Below, piece by piece: positions 26,701 to 39,402 of a stretch of 51,928 nt of DNA (position 1 is the stretch's first letter; the number at the start of each line of letters is the position of its first letter). The notes beneath the pieces were generated by a model. It did not search any database and was not told the origin of the DNA. It was given only the letters and a program-made list of their open reading frames with translations. The position numbers and the translations under genes were made by a program. The DNA is from a virus (Duplodnaviria > Heunggongvirae > Uroviricota > Caudoviricetes). Location of the stretch: the IMG/VR virus record IMGVR_UViG_3300031867_000014, positions 64,001 to 115,928 of that record. One strand, given 5' to 3'.

Positions 26701-29700
26701 ATGAAGTATAAGCCTCTTGACCTTCAGCTAAATGTGCATTTGCATAAGACAATAATGCCTATCTCTAAAATGCATTAAGTTCGCCATGGTATGTCGCATT
26801 TGGATTAGTAGGAGTTGTGCCAATGGCTTCAGTCAACCATGTATCTGTTAATCCTTCTCGATCGAATGCATCAGTTAATCCACTTTGCCATCCAAGTTCT
26901 GACCAAACGTCATCAATTTTCATATCTTTTAATTCTTGTTTAATTTTGCCTAAAATTCTTTCTTGAAAACCTTCGCCTGGGTCAAATTCAGTCATCTAAA
27001 AACCAACATTAAGACCTTCCATTAAATAACGGCCCATTTCAATTGTATATTTAGATGGTGAATTAATACCTAATGCTACTTTAAAAGCACTCAATAATTC
27101 GCCGCCTTGTTCATCAGCTACAGCTTGCCAGTCAACACCACCGTGTTTTAACCCATATACTAAACCTTCTAAAAGCATACGGCCATAATTGCGCATATCT
27201 TCTGTCTGACCATGTTCAGCCATATTTTGAAGAGCTTCATATAATTGTGACATTTCTTGTAATGATACATTCCGTAATTGTTCAGGAGTCATACCCAAAA
27301 TACCATTAATTTTTTGAACAGCACCATATTTAGAGGCATATGACCAACCTTTACTATGTACTTGATCATTAATATTAGAAGCTAAATCGGTAACAGAACC
27401 TGCTGCCCATTGCATAGCATCAGCCATTTGTCCTGCAGAGGTTAATTCATCTAATAATGCACTAGCACGACGATTCATCATATCTTGTACACCCTGTGCA
27501 GATAAATCAACCATAACACTCGCTGTTAAGCCCATAGAATCAATTTGATCTTGTAATTCAGTAGCTGAAGTAGCAATTTCTACTTCAATACCTGCGGACA
27601 ATAATACTTCCTAAGCAGTTGGATCATTTGGATCTAACCAAGAAATAACACCATCAGCATTAATTGAATAATATTTGCCATCATCACCAGCAACAATTTT
27701 TAAACCCATTTCTGTATCTACATGCGCTACTGTACCAGACACCCATTCATGAGTATCTTTATTATATAATTTTAATGCATCAGGATCATCAATATCACTA
27801 TATAAAGAAAAACTACTTGAAACATCTTGACTACCTTCTGGTTTGATGAATTGCCATGTGCCAGTCTATTTATTGAATAATACAAATTTATTCGGATCAT
27901 CAGTTGAAGCCAATGCAAAAGTTGCTGTAGTAGTATCATCATCTGGTAAAATAGTTTTCCAGGTATTACTTGCTGGATCATATAAAGAATAAGTATCTGT
28001 ACTTGGATCATAAAATACTCGTTGAGTAACTGTACCAGTATTAGTATTAGGAGCCGCAGTTAACCATTCGTTTGTATCTTTATTATATAATGTAGTTGGT
28101 ACACCATTCTGATAAAAACCTATATATTGACGTTCCCAGCCACTGCCAGTTAATGGAGTACCAGTAACCCAAGTATTTGTGGCAGTATCATACATACCAG
28201 TAGGAAATCCAGTAGCTTCATCATATTCTACATATTGTGTTTCTGTACCGCTACCAGTCAGAGGTGTTAAAGTTGACCATTGATTTGTTGCCGTGTCATA
28301 AATTGAAGGTACGCCATTAATTATACTAATATATTGAGTTTCACGACCTGACCCACTTAAAGGCGTCATAGTAGACCATGTATTAGAACTTGCATTATAA
28401 ATCGCTGTAGGGACACCATTAGTCATTTCAATATATTGATTTTCATGACCTTCACCACTAACAGGTTCCATAGTAGACCATTCATTGGTATTGGCATTAT
28501 AAACTTTAGCGGCACCATTAATTAAAGCAACATATTGATTTTCATGACCTTCCCCGGTTAATGGTGTCATAGTAGACCATACATTATTTGTTGAGTCATA
28601 TAATGCTTCAGGAACACCATTTTGATTAAACGCCACATATTGCGTATTGGTTCCATCATTACTTAATGGAGTCATAGTAAGCCAGGCATTATCAGCAGGA
28701 CTAAAAATTGCTGTAGGTGTACCATTTTGATCAAAAGCTACTCTCTAAGTGCTGGTGCCTTCGGCGGTCTAAACTTCAATTTCTCGCCATGTCCAATTAT
28801 CAGTATCAAAACCATTTTCTGCTTCTGGAGCAATTTCTGCAGATACTGTAAATGATGTACCACCACCAACAGTTAATCCTTGAGCTTCTTGCAACTATTG
28901 TACTTGTTGTTCTTGACCCTTTAGCATTAACTGAATTTCTGTTGCGGCTTCTGACCATAAGGCTGCTTCATCTAATTCTTCATCATTATCTACTTTACCA
29001 ATATTTCGAATAATTTTATCTACTTCTTCTGCTGTATATCCTACTTCTAATAAAGCCTCTTTTAATTTTTCAATACTGCTAAAATCATTAAAACCTTCAC
29101 CAACAGTCATTTTTTGTAAAGACTATAAAGCCGTTTGAATAGTAGACATTTCTTTTTTCCGAGCTTCTTCGATAGCTTTTGCCGCAGCTTCTGCTTGTTT
29201 CTTAATATTATCATAATAAGTTTTATTTAATGCTTCTTTCTTTTGCATTAACTCTTGTACTTTTGCAGCATCATTAGCATAAAAAGTTAATTGTTCATTA
29301 TAATATTTTTCTGCTTGATCATGAGCATATTTGGCCCATTCTTCACTATTCATAGTCTAATAATTGGTTAATGCATCTGGGTCATATTCTTGTAGGGCTG
29401 TTAGTTCAGACATAGATAATGATCCTAATTTAGTCATAGCTTTTTCAAAAGCTGTGGCTGCGTTAGTCGCTTTTTCAATCGCAGTTACACGTTCTTCCCA
29501 AGCATTATTATCAATTTCATTTTCAGAAGCAATAATTTCATTATAAATAGATGAATAAGTACCCATTAATTCAGTACCACGTTCAACCTATGAATTCATA
29601 CTTTCTAATTCAGAATTTTGTGTGGTCCAATAGTCAGTAAATGAACTACGTGCGTCCCATACTTTTTTAAGCTAATCTTCATCTAATTGACTTAAACTGG

Positions 29701-32700
29701 TGAATTCTGTATCGCTGCCAAATACTTGTTTTAATAATGCTTGTTCTTGATCACGAGTTAAAGTCGCTGCTAAGCTATCGCGCCATGCATTACGTGCTTC
29801 TTCATGATCATCGCCTTTAAAATCGTCCCATTTTTGATCTTGTTTATAATTAGAACGATAAGTAGATTGTGCAGTCTTCGCAGTTGATAAACTATGTGCT
29901 CTAGATTGGAAAGCACGTAATAATGCCTATCCTTCTAAAGCCTAACCAGATTCATCAAATGCCCAAGCATGATTTTCTGCGGTCCAACCATTAGCAATTT
30001 TATTACTTAAAAATCGTTCTAATTCGATATAATATGCATTTAAATCTTCTTCAGCTTCTACTAATTCATCTCTGTTATGACGAATTAATTCAGCATTATC
30101 CGCAATTAATTCAGTATTCAAACGCTCTTGTTCTTGACGCATTTGTAATGCTCGAGTTTCAGGTGATTGACTTGCATAGGCAAATAATTCTTCACGAGTT
30201 TCAAAATACCCCGAATCCCATAAGCTTGAATATTGTTCTTTAGTAATTACACCGCCCTTATCGACTTTTTGAATCGCTTCAATTTGTCCTAACTTTTCTT
30301 GCTTTTTAGCCATTGCTGTTTTTGTAACTGCAGCTTCAACTGCACTATCATCTACATGTACACCAGTAGCATCAATTGTAATAGCCGATGGACGAATACG
30401 TAAAGCGGTATCAATATCAATGGTATGACCATCAATTTCACCATTATAGATCGCAGTTAAAAATTGTTCAGTCATATCAGACTTACTAATACCATTTGCT
30501 TGTACATTAAAATCAGCAACCTTTAGGCCTAATTGAACTGCTGCTTCATACTTAGTGCCAACATCCGACCATTGACTATAGCCTTTTAAAGTACTCGCAA
30601 CATATGCTTGATCTGTTGCATTTAAACCTTGCTCGCCACCCATTTTATGAATTAAATCATACATATCATTAAAATCATGAGTTTCACGACGTAAATTAAA
30701 TGCATCAATATCGTCCGCATAAGTCGTATACATCTATTCGGCCAATTTAGATTGACGAATTTGACGATCGGTATCTGCTAATTCATCGGCACCAATAGAA
30801 TCTAAGAAACCAACTAAATCAGCACTATATTGGCCCCAATCAACCGCCCCAAATTCATTTAAGAAATCATATAAACCAGCCCAATTTTGCTCTTTGCCAG
30901 CCATAGCTACTAATTTATTATTTGACCATTGGAAACCATATTCAGCTAATTGATCTATGTTTGCTTGATTAGATAATAAACGATTCCATTTACCACGTTC
31001 ATCGCTGTCGCTAACTGATCCTAAACCGCGTAAGGCATTATTCTAATTGTAAAACTAATCTAAAGTATCAGCCTATTGGTATAATGCCTCAGCTGCTTCA
31101 CGCGCAGCTTGCGCCTATTCACGCTAAGCAGCGGCTAATTCATGCGCGGCTTGAGCTGCTTGATCTGCAGCATCTGCCGCAGCCATCATACCAGCTGCCG
31201 CATCATCAGCCCACGTAACGTGCTCCCAATGACTACCTTGTCCAAAAGGATGCCATCCAAAAATTTCGATAGAAGCTAATGCATCTACAATGGCATTGCG
31301 CATATCAATAATGGCATTTGCCACAGTTTCTGGAACACTTAAAATCTTTTGAACAACACCCGCAAGTCCACGCAATAAGTTCGCTTTGAAAGATAAAAAG
31401 CCACCACGTAAATCATTAATCCAAGCTAAAACATCTAAAAATACTGCTTTTACACGTTGGCCGAATGCAGCAATACGTAATGCCGCGGTTTGAATCCATT
31501 GTCCAACGCGTACCCATAAAGATGTATTTTTTTGTGCTAAAACATCTACATGCTTTTGTACATTATCTTGCTGTTTGACATGAATTTCTTCTAACTCAGC
31601 AGTAATTTCTTGTTGTTCCGCCGCCATTGCTGCATGCATTTCTTCTGCTAAGGTTTCATAGCGACCACTCAAAACATCTAATGCAGTAACTTGAATACCA
31701 TAAGCTCCAGCAATTTCATTAATTGCATCAACTTGTTCTTCAAGCGTCATAGTAGTATCTTGCGTGACTTCTGCCAAACGCTACATTGCCTCAGCATTAG
31801 CTTGTGATTTTGCTTCTAATTCATTTGATCTCTCTGTTAAAGCCGTCATTTCTTCATCCAATTTAGCTAATTTCTAATCATAAGTTTCAGCATTAGCAAT
31901 AGCACTTATAATAACGGCCGCCAAAACTGCAAATGCTGCAACCGCTGCAATAATTGCACCAATTAAACCAAGTTTAGCCAATTTATTTGCAATAGTTGCC
32001 GCGGTATCTGCATTAGTAGCACCAGTTTCAAGATTTAAACCTAATGTAGAAGAAATCATTGCGCCTAATTTTTGTCTAAAACTAGTAGCTTGTCCTTTCT
32101 AAGCCATAGTATTAATATTGGTTGCAACTGTATTGGCTGTTTGTGCCGCTGTTAATAATGTCTAAATACCTTTAACTGCACTCATAACACCTTTAAATGC
32201 AGAATATGCAGCACCCGCCGCAGCTACAACACCCGTAATACGTTCCATAACAGACGCATTATCAGAAAAAGCAGTTTTTAAACCACCTACCATCATAGCA
32301 GTACTTGCTGCGACTTGTCCAATACCACCTATAACTTCGCCAATACCATCCATTGCATTAGGAGTATCAGCCATTTTTTCCATTTCTTCACGTAATTCTG
32401 CAACTTTTTCTTTCGCTTCATCGATTTTACCAGCGCCATCGCCAATATCAGATAACATTTGTACGTCTGCTACCATTTGATCTCCTGCTCCAGCTTCAAT
32501 TGTATTAGCAGTCTATTGTGCTTGTTCAATAGTATGCCCTTGTTCATCCTATTGTGTTTGTAAATTTGCTTGTCGTGCTTGTATTGAAGCAATAGAAGTA
32601 GCACGGTCAGAATAATTCTCGCGTGTAAATCCAGCTTCATCTAAGCGCGCCTAATATGCCGCTAAATCTTCATCTGCACCTTGTTTCATACCTACTGCTT

Positions 32701-35599
32701 CAGCCGCTTGATAACGAGCATTATCTGCACTCCATTCGCCTTTTTTCGCTCCTTGGCCGAAACTATCATCCTCAAGAAGAGCATCTAATTTTTCACTCTC
32801 AGCCGCTAATTCACCAATTTTTATTGTCGCAGCTTTGATTGTTGCATCACATTGTGCAATTAATTTATCTGCCATTTCAGCAACTTTGGCATCCGCCGTC
32901 GCAATAGCTTCTTCGCCACTATCACTTGCTGCAGTAGCAATAGCATCACCAATAGCATTATTAAAATCAGCAATTGATTTTCCTAATTCAGAATCATCAG
33001 CAATATCGCCAGCGTCTAATTGTACTTTAGGCACAATCTTTCGTTTTTCAAGATCGCCAGCAATTTGTTCTTGCATTTCATCTACATGTGATAAATATTC
33101 ATCAGCTTCTTTTGTCGCGGCATCAGCATCTTCTTGCTTTAATTTACCCGCCTCTTCCATCGCTTGACTTGGCGCTAAAATTTCAGCTTTTTTATCTTCT
33201 AATTCCATTTGTTCTAATTGAATAGTTTCAAGCGCATCTTGTTTACGGTCTAATGCGGCTTGTACTTTATCTAATGTTGCTAATTGTTGATCTAGCTATT
33301 GTTCTAATGCAGTATATTCATCTGAGCCCTATTGCCCTGCGGCTTCCATTGCTGCCATTTTATCCATAGTATCTTGGACGACACTTTCTTGACGAGCTTT
33401 ACTCAATTCTTTTTCACGCACTTCTGCCTAAGCCGCATTTGCTTCATTTTGTTTTAATTGTATATCCTGTTCTACTTCAGCTACTGCTGGCTAAGCAGCA
33501 GCACGCATTTCTTTAGCTTGCTCGATCATTTGACTACCTTCTTCATGAAGTGTGGCCGCACGTGTTTTACGTTCTTCCATTTCGGCAGCTTTAGCCTGTA
33601 CTTCTGCCTATTTTGCTGCTACTTCTTCTGGAGTTAAATTACCTTCAATTTCTAAAGTACCTTCACGTAACATACCTTTATTTTGTTCTAATAATTTATC
33701 AAAACGCGCAGTTTTTGCGGCATCACTTTGACGAGCTTTTGCACCACTATCAGCAGTTTCATTAGCTTTTTTCCAATGTTTTTCCATTTCGCCTAAAATC
33801 TAAGTACGTGCTTCTAAATCACTTTCTTTTTCTGCCATTTTTTCTTCCATACGTGGATTCCAACGATGTTGCTATACTAATTTAGCTTTAGCAGAGCTCA
33901 TGGTACTTAAATTTCTTGCCTATTCTGCACCAGTCATATCACCAGCTGCTTCTCTCTAACGTGCGATGTCAGCTTGCACTTGTGCATTTTCCTTAATCAT
34001 AGCAACATCTTTTTTAGTTTTAGAACCAGTGATCATACCAATGGTATCTTTCATTTTTTCGAATCCTTGGCTAATCATACCTTGGCCACCAAATTTAGAC
34101 ATAAAAGTAGTTGCGATTAATCCCAATAGCGGAACTAAACCGCCCATTTTATCAATAACTGATGTTACACCATTTAATAATTGACTAAATCCATCAATTA
34201 AAACTGTAATTGCTTTATCATCCACTAATTGAGAGTATAAACCCTGCCAAGCATTTTTAACTCTACCAACAGCAGCTTCAGTACTTTTTTCCCAAATTTC
34301 ATTTTGCTTTTCTAATTCGCCACTTGCATTATCTGCTAATTCAACATTAATTTTATAAGTCTCATAATTATCAAAGAAAGCCATCATTTGTGAATATTGA
34401 CGCGCACCACCAATAGTTTGTGCTAAAGCAGATTGTTGCGCACGTGATAATCCAGACCATTTTTCGCCAACTTCGTCAATAACTTTGCCCATATCGCGTA
34501 ATTCTCCGCCGGCATCTAAAATAGTAACGCCGATAGCGTTTAATGCTTTAGAATATTTATTAAGATCTACACCATCTTCTAAAGTTTCTCCTAATTTTAA
34601 ACCACCTAAACGGCTTAAAATAGTGTTCCAAGCAGTACCAACTGTTTCAGCACTTTGACGAGTAACACTAGCTGATGTAGCAATAATTGCAGACATTTGT
34701 TCCATATCTACGCCGACATTATTAGCAGTAGCCGCTACTTTCTGTAAAGCTGTAGAAATTTCTTCCATGCTAGTCGCAGTTTTCGCGCCTAAAGCTGCCA
34801 TGATATCAACATAATGCTCTAATTCATCAGTACCTACTTTATAAGAATTCCAAATAGCTGTCAAATATTCTGACATGTCTTTTGCAGAACTACTAAATGA
34901 AATATTCGCAGCTTTCATGGTGATCGCAGCTTTTTGTACAGCAGTACTAGTTTTATCGCCCTGTTGGAAATAAATTTTGGCTGCATCGGTAAATGCTAAT
35001 GTAGAAGCACTTAATTCTTTACCCATACGTTGTGCTGTCGCTGCAAAGCTGGACATTTCTTTATCAGTCATTTGAGTCACTCGTTGAATTGAATTTAAAC
35101 TATTATTTAAATCCATAGCATAATGTACAGCTTCTTGCAATTTTGCACTAAATTTATGGATAATAGTAGAACTAATTTGCCAAGATGCAGTTTTCTTTAA
35201 ATTAGTCCACAAATTCTAAAAATGCTAATTAACTTGAATAGTAGACTAACCAGTTTTTGCAATCGCCATGGAGAGTTGATTAAAAGTACTAACTCCTTCA
35301 GGCCCCAAATTAGCAAGACTATCATGTAAAGAGCGCAAATCTAAATTACTGGCTTTTAATTGGCTACTAAATTTTGATAGATTTAATTTACCAGTATTAA
35401 CATTCACTGCACCCTATAAAGCTTTTTTCAAATCTTGTGCAGCCTATACGCCCTTTTTTAAGTCTGATGTATCTGCTTTTAGGACTAACTAATTAGATAA
35501 TTTGTTTACTGACTTTTGTAATTCTTCAAGTGACGCACGAGCTTCTTTAGTATCACTCGTTACACGTACAGAAGCAGAAATTACTGTATTCGCTGCCAT
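20729..35599 (-). CDS. Giant tail tape measure protein, ~4,956 aa with TAG=Gln
   Basis: Twenty listed ORF fragments lie in one frame and each ends in TAG. ATG 35599 with AAAGGAGAG RBS; TAA 20729. N-terminal TP901-type TMP core (ALGAKTATSMEEISTALQKVAATA...TVGTAWNTILSRL), long Ala/Glu-rich helices, and C-terminal YATGG...PE.ML and AEFPNVTDHNEIE motifs. Not every inter-fragment gap was checked base by base. Confidence 0.88.
21291..21369 (-). repeat. Coding microsatellite: (GGY-AAT-AAT)n plus (AAT)n, encoding a GNN/poly-Asn linker in the TMP
   Basis: Plus strand shows an (att)n run followed by gccattatt/accattatt tandem units. Confidence 0.85.
27600..28810 (-). repeat. ~30-33-aa tandem repeat block inside the TMP
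   Basis: Recurrent unit W[S/T]TMTPL.G.G.E.QY....NG.P...Y...TN. The DNA repeats catagtagaccat and tattgattttcatgaccttc. Confidence 0.85.
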
Positions 35600-35625
35600 A
35601 ACATCAGAACTCTCCTTTCTCTCAT

Positions 35626-35660
35626 AAAAAAATACCGGATAAAATTATCCGGTATTTTTT
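35626..35660. terminator. Terminator-like hairpin with A/T tracts on both sides
   Basis: AAAAAATACCGGATAA-AA-TTATCCGGTATTTTTT, lying between the upstream gene's stop and the TMP RBS. Confidence 0.75.
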
Positions 35661-35673
35661 ACTCATAAATATA

Positions 35674-36201
35674 TTATCCCAAATCTTGCAAAATAGATTT
35701 TAATAAAGGACTATCCGCAACAGAATTTAAATCTTGTAAAATTGTTTGAGTATCTTTTACACTGTCTGCATTATTCATTTGCATATCCATAAACAAGCCA
35801 GCAATTGATGTACGATAATTAGACACAATTTCTAAGCCTCTATAAGCCATTTGATGTAAACTCTCTAATTCTTCTTGCGGAATTTCTTGCATGACTAAAT
35901 CAAAAATATTATTCAGTAATAACAAGTCATAAGTTTTAAAAGCATTATCACCTAACATTAAATCTGTCAAATTAATATTGGTGTAATGTTTAATTACTAA
36001 TAATGGATAATATACAGTTTCCCGCATACTACTAGACATGCCATGATCATCTAAAACCATTTCTAAAAATTCAGAAACAAATGTTGCTTTTAAAGTCATA
36101 GGTAAATACTATACAACAATAATTTCTTCTCCATTAATATTAAGAGTTTTAGTGGGTTTAGATTTAATGGTACTTAATTTATTAACACTAATCTTTGCCA
36201 T
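35674..36201 (-). CDS. Hypothetical protein upstream of the TMP, 175 aa (possible tail assembly chaperone by position)
   Basis: ATG 36201 with AAGGAGAG RBS and one TAG (IVV[Q]YLP at ~36109). TAA at 35674. Confidence 0.7.
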
Positions 36202-36232
36202 AAATACACTCTCCTTTTACTCATCTATAAAT

Positions 36233-36261
36233 ATAATACAACAAAATATTTTTGTTGTCAA
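36233..36261 (-). promoter_or_regulatory. Sigma70/SigA-type promoter overlapping a palindrome
   Basis: TTGACA-17 nt-TATTAT; the spacer region forms ACAACAAAA-N3-TTTTGTTGT. Confidence 0.7.
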
Positions 36262-36262
36262 A

Positions 36263-37432
36263 TTACATTTTTCTAATAGTGCTTTTAGAAATAGAAACAT
36301 CTTTACCAAGTCCGGGCAAAGAATTTTCTATTAACTCTTGAATCAAAGCGCTCGCTGGAATTACATAAAAATCATCACCAGTAGGATCATTATAAATTAA
36401 TAAATTAGCAGAATTAAGCGCATCTTTATAAATCTGACCCGCACCAGTAATTTCATAAATTACACGCAATTTTGCCCATACAGAATTAGCTTGCGCAATT
36501 AAAGATTCATTAGATGTATTACCGCTTAATACAGTAGCCAAGCCATATATCAATTTTTCTTTTTCTCGTTTTGATAAAGTTAAATTATGACCATTACTAC
36601 CTGATTCTAAAAAACCGATCATAGCATTTAAAACACGAACGGTACCAGTATTACCAAAATGAATTTCCGTTCGTGTATTGGCGCCCCAACCTTTTTGACC
36701 ATTTCCTAAATCTTGCCAAGAGCGTGAGCCATAATTTTTAGCAGTAAAACGTGCTTTACTTAATAGCTATATTAATTCTGCATATTTTGGATCAATATGC
36801 ATTTCTGCTGTAATAGTTAATGATTCGCCTGTGACGTCAACTTTCATAAAGGTTTGGCCAATAGCACGCGCCTTTTTACCTGCACTTTTTGTGGCTTCTC
36901 GGAATTTATTTAAAACTTCTTTAGATAACTAATCTGGTAAACCACGTAAGTTACTCGCGGTTATATTACCAGTAACATGCTAATCAATAGTTTTAGGTTG
37001 CCAATTTTCAATCGCTTTTTGTGCAACAGCCTCAATTACACGAGCTAAATCATGCTCTAATTGTTCACCACGATTTTTATCGGTTTTATTTGCTGAACGA
37101 TTTAAAAATAAAGCTAATTTAGGATTAACTAACTAAATTTGATCATAAATTTCTTGTACAGTTTTAGCATCTACAATTGTTTCAATAGCTTCTCCTAACA
37201 TTTCAGATTTTTCTACATCAAAACCTTTATAAGATAATTCTGAGGCATGCGCTTGCATACTTAACTATTTTAATGCACGAAAAAAAGACTATAATTTTTG
37301 TGCATCTTTCCAATCTGCAGATGCACGTCCTTTAACTAAAAACTACAATCGAATCTAAGTTTCAATTTTCTATAAAATAGTTGATAATTTATTACCATCA
37401 GCTTCAGTATATTCTTCAGCATTCCATGCCAT
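36263..37432 (-). CDS. Hypothetical protein, 389 aa with TAG=Gln (possible nuclease-like fold)
   Basis: ATG 37432 after GAGGTG. The frame is open except for nine TAGs; TAA at 36263. Confidence 0.7.
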
Positions 37433-37448
37433 GAACATCACCTCAAAT

Positions 37449-37488
37449 AAAAAAAATAGGGGAGATACATATTCGTATCTCCCCTATT
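37449..37488 (-). terminator. Rho-independent terminator after the tail tube gene
   Basis: AATAGGGGAGATAC-loop-GTATCTCCCCTATT followed by a T-run on the minus strand. Confidence 0.85.
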
Positions 37489-37498
37489 GTCTCTATTA

Positions 37499-38626
37499 TT
37501 AGTCACCAGTATTCTCAGCAAAACGTCCCGGAGGTGTCTTACCAGAATTCTCATGATATTCATTAGCAACGGTATTATCTTCGTCGCTCTCGGCAGTACC
37601 ACCATCATAGAGATCCTTATCTTCAACGATCTGGATAGCAGCGATTACTTTCTTAGTCTTATCGAACTTAGTGTAATCTGGGAATGCGTCCATTGTGAAG
37701 GTGAAAGTAGAAGGATCGCCAGTAGGCGCCATAGTGAAGGTGAAGTTAGACTGTACCTTGCAGTTTGGAATTACAAATTCAGCAGGATAATCTTCACCAG
37801 TTGCCTGATCACGGAACAAGGTAGAAGCTTCAAGATAATAAGAACCACCGAACTTACCGGCCTCAATATCAATCTGCTTTACATACTGACTGCTCTTTAC
37901 ATAGTAGTCAACATACATAACAGAACCTGGATAGTTAGGATCAGTACCATCAATATAGTCAGCTACAGTAGTAAAGTCTTCAGTAGAACTTGCATTATTA
38001 TAAGCATCTAAATCCTCTTGATTAGTAACTGGAGCAGGAGCAACAGCGCTCATGATCTTACCAGCAGCGATCAACTTAGCATGTTCAGTATTATACTTAG
38101 ATACCCAAGCATTAAAAGCAGCAGTAAGATTGATCTTCTTGCCATCAAGAACACCATTCTGACCAAGTGGGATTTCCATAGGAACACGGTTAGTATTAAT
38201 AGAACCGTCTTCATTCTTTAACATAATGAACAAACCACCAACAGTAGCAGGAGCATGAGAAAGCTCAAGAATGCCACCAGCCTGATCACCTTTTACCTGT
38301 ACTTCTTCAGTAGTATGAACATAAATTGGATGTTCATCATCAGCATCCATAAAACCAGCACCAGAAAGGATTGAGAAGCTCTCAGGGCTAATCAAAGCAT
38401 CTTCCATGGTGAAAGTTACTGTACGGTCACCTTCCCAAGCGACCAAGCGAGGATTGCCCTTACCACCCTGTGCATAAACAGTGGTGCTCTGACCTTCGAG
38501 TGAAGAAGTCTTCAAAGTATCGAAGTACATAACTGGCATATCCTTGTCAAGATAAAGCTTGCCGAAATAACCAGCAGCCTTTTTCTTGAGTACGACATCG
38601 CAAATTTCGCGTACACCAAATTTCAT
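37499..38626 (-). CDS. Major tail (tube) protein, 375 aa
   Basis: Intact TAG-free ORF with high-expression-like codon bias and GGAGG RBS. Motifs YAQGGKGNPRLVAWEGDR and FTFTMAPTGDPSTFTFTMD. Lies between the neck genes and the TMP. Confidence 0.75.
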   Translation of the reverse strand: MKFGVREICDVVLKKKAAGYFGKLYLDKDMPVMYFDTLKTSSLEGQSTTVYAQGGKGNPRLVAWEGDRTVTFTMEDALISPESFSILSGAGFMDADDEHPIYVHTTEEVQVKGDQAGGILELSHAPATVGGLFIMLKNEDGSINTNRVPMEIPLGQNGVLDGKKINLTAAFNAWVSKYNTEHAKLIAAGKIMSAVAPAPVTNQEDLDAYNNASSTEDFTTVADYIDGTDPNYPGSVMYVDYYVKSSQYVKQIDIEAGKFGGSYYLEASTLFRDQATGEDYPAEFVIPNCKVQSNFTFTMAPTGDPSTFTFTMDAFPDYTKFDKTKKVIAAIQIVEDKDLYDGGTAESDEDNTVANEYHENSGKTPPGRFAENTGD

Positions 38627-38643
38627 AGGTTATTTCCTCCTCT

Positions 38644-39402
38644 TTAATGTAAATCTTTCATCCAGTCGTCTGGTTTATCATCGGGCTTACCGCCTGCCAG
38701 ACGAGATTTAATATCTAAATCCCACCCAATATATAAGCCATAACGTTCCATAAGATCGTAAAGCTAATATACTGTTAAATTTAGACAATCATCTAAACTC
38801 ATAGACGATAGCCCGACAGTGAGAATAGAAACATATCTTCCTAACGTGCCTTCATTAGATTGACCTTTTGCTTGGGCAACCCTGGCACGCGCTTTTAAAA
38901 GCTTAGCTGCAATACGTGCAGCTTTAGCTCCTTTGGGTTTAAACCCAGCATTTTGCCCACCAGTAGAATTATTCACACCCGAAAAATCAGCAATCGCTTG
39001 TTTTAATATATCAAAATTCGTCTCGTTAATCATTAAATTATGTTTAGTCACTGGATTATTTAAATAAATACCCAAGTTTCCATCCAAAATCTAAACGGTA
39101 TAACCAGGAAGTAAGATTGTTAAAACATTGATTATCTATTCATGTCGAGTATGTTGTTCTTCTTCATCTAATGAGCTTATCAATGTCATAAATATTTGAA
39201 AATCACTCATGATGGATAGAGCAAAACTGCCCTTTGGATTTGCTGCCATTATAGCTTGTTTATCGAAACATAATAACTATAATGTCATAAAATATTCAAT
39301 TTCACCCACATAAGCAATTTCCTTAATGCGTGGCTAATGCAATGTTAATTGTAGCGCCGGGATTGGAATATCCACGCCCGTTAAAAGAGCTAATTTATTC
39401 AT
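38644..39402 (-). CDS. Phage tail-module protein of unknown function, 252 aa with TAG=Gln
   Basis: MNKLALLTGVDIPIPALQLTLH[Q]PRIKEIAY...LTVY[Q]LYDLMERY...DWMKDLH*. ATGA overlap with the upstream gene. Confidence 0.7.

Noticed and set aside
27600..28810. CRISPR array or DGR template/variable repeat
   Set aside because: Repeats are degenerate, in-frame coding units without unique spacers. No adenine-specific mismatch pattern or reverse transcriptase was seen.
35674..37432. Tail-chaperone pair with a programmed -1 frameshift
   Set aside because: The genes are separated by an intergenic region with its own promoter and RBS; no overlap or clear slippery site.
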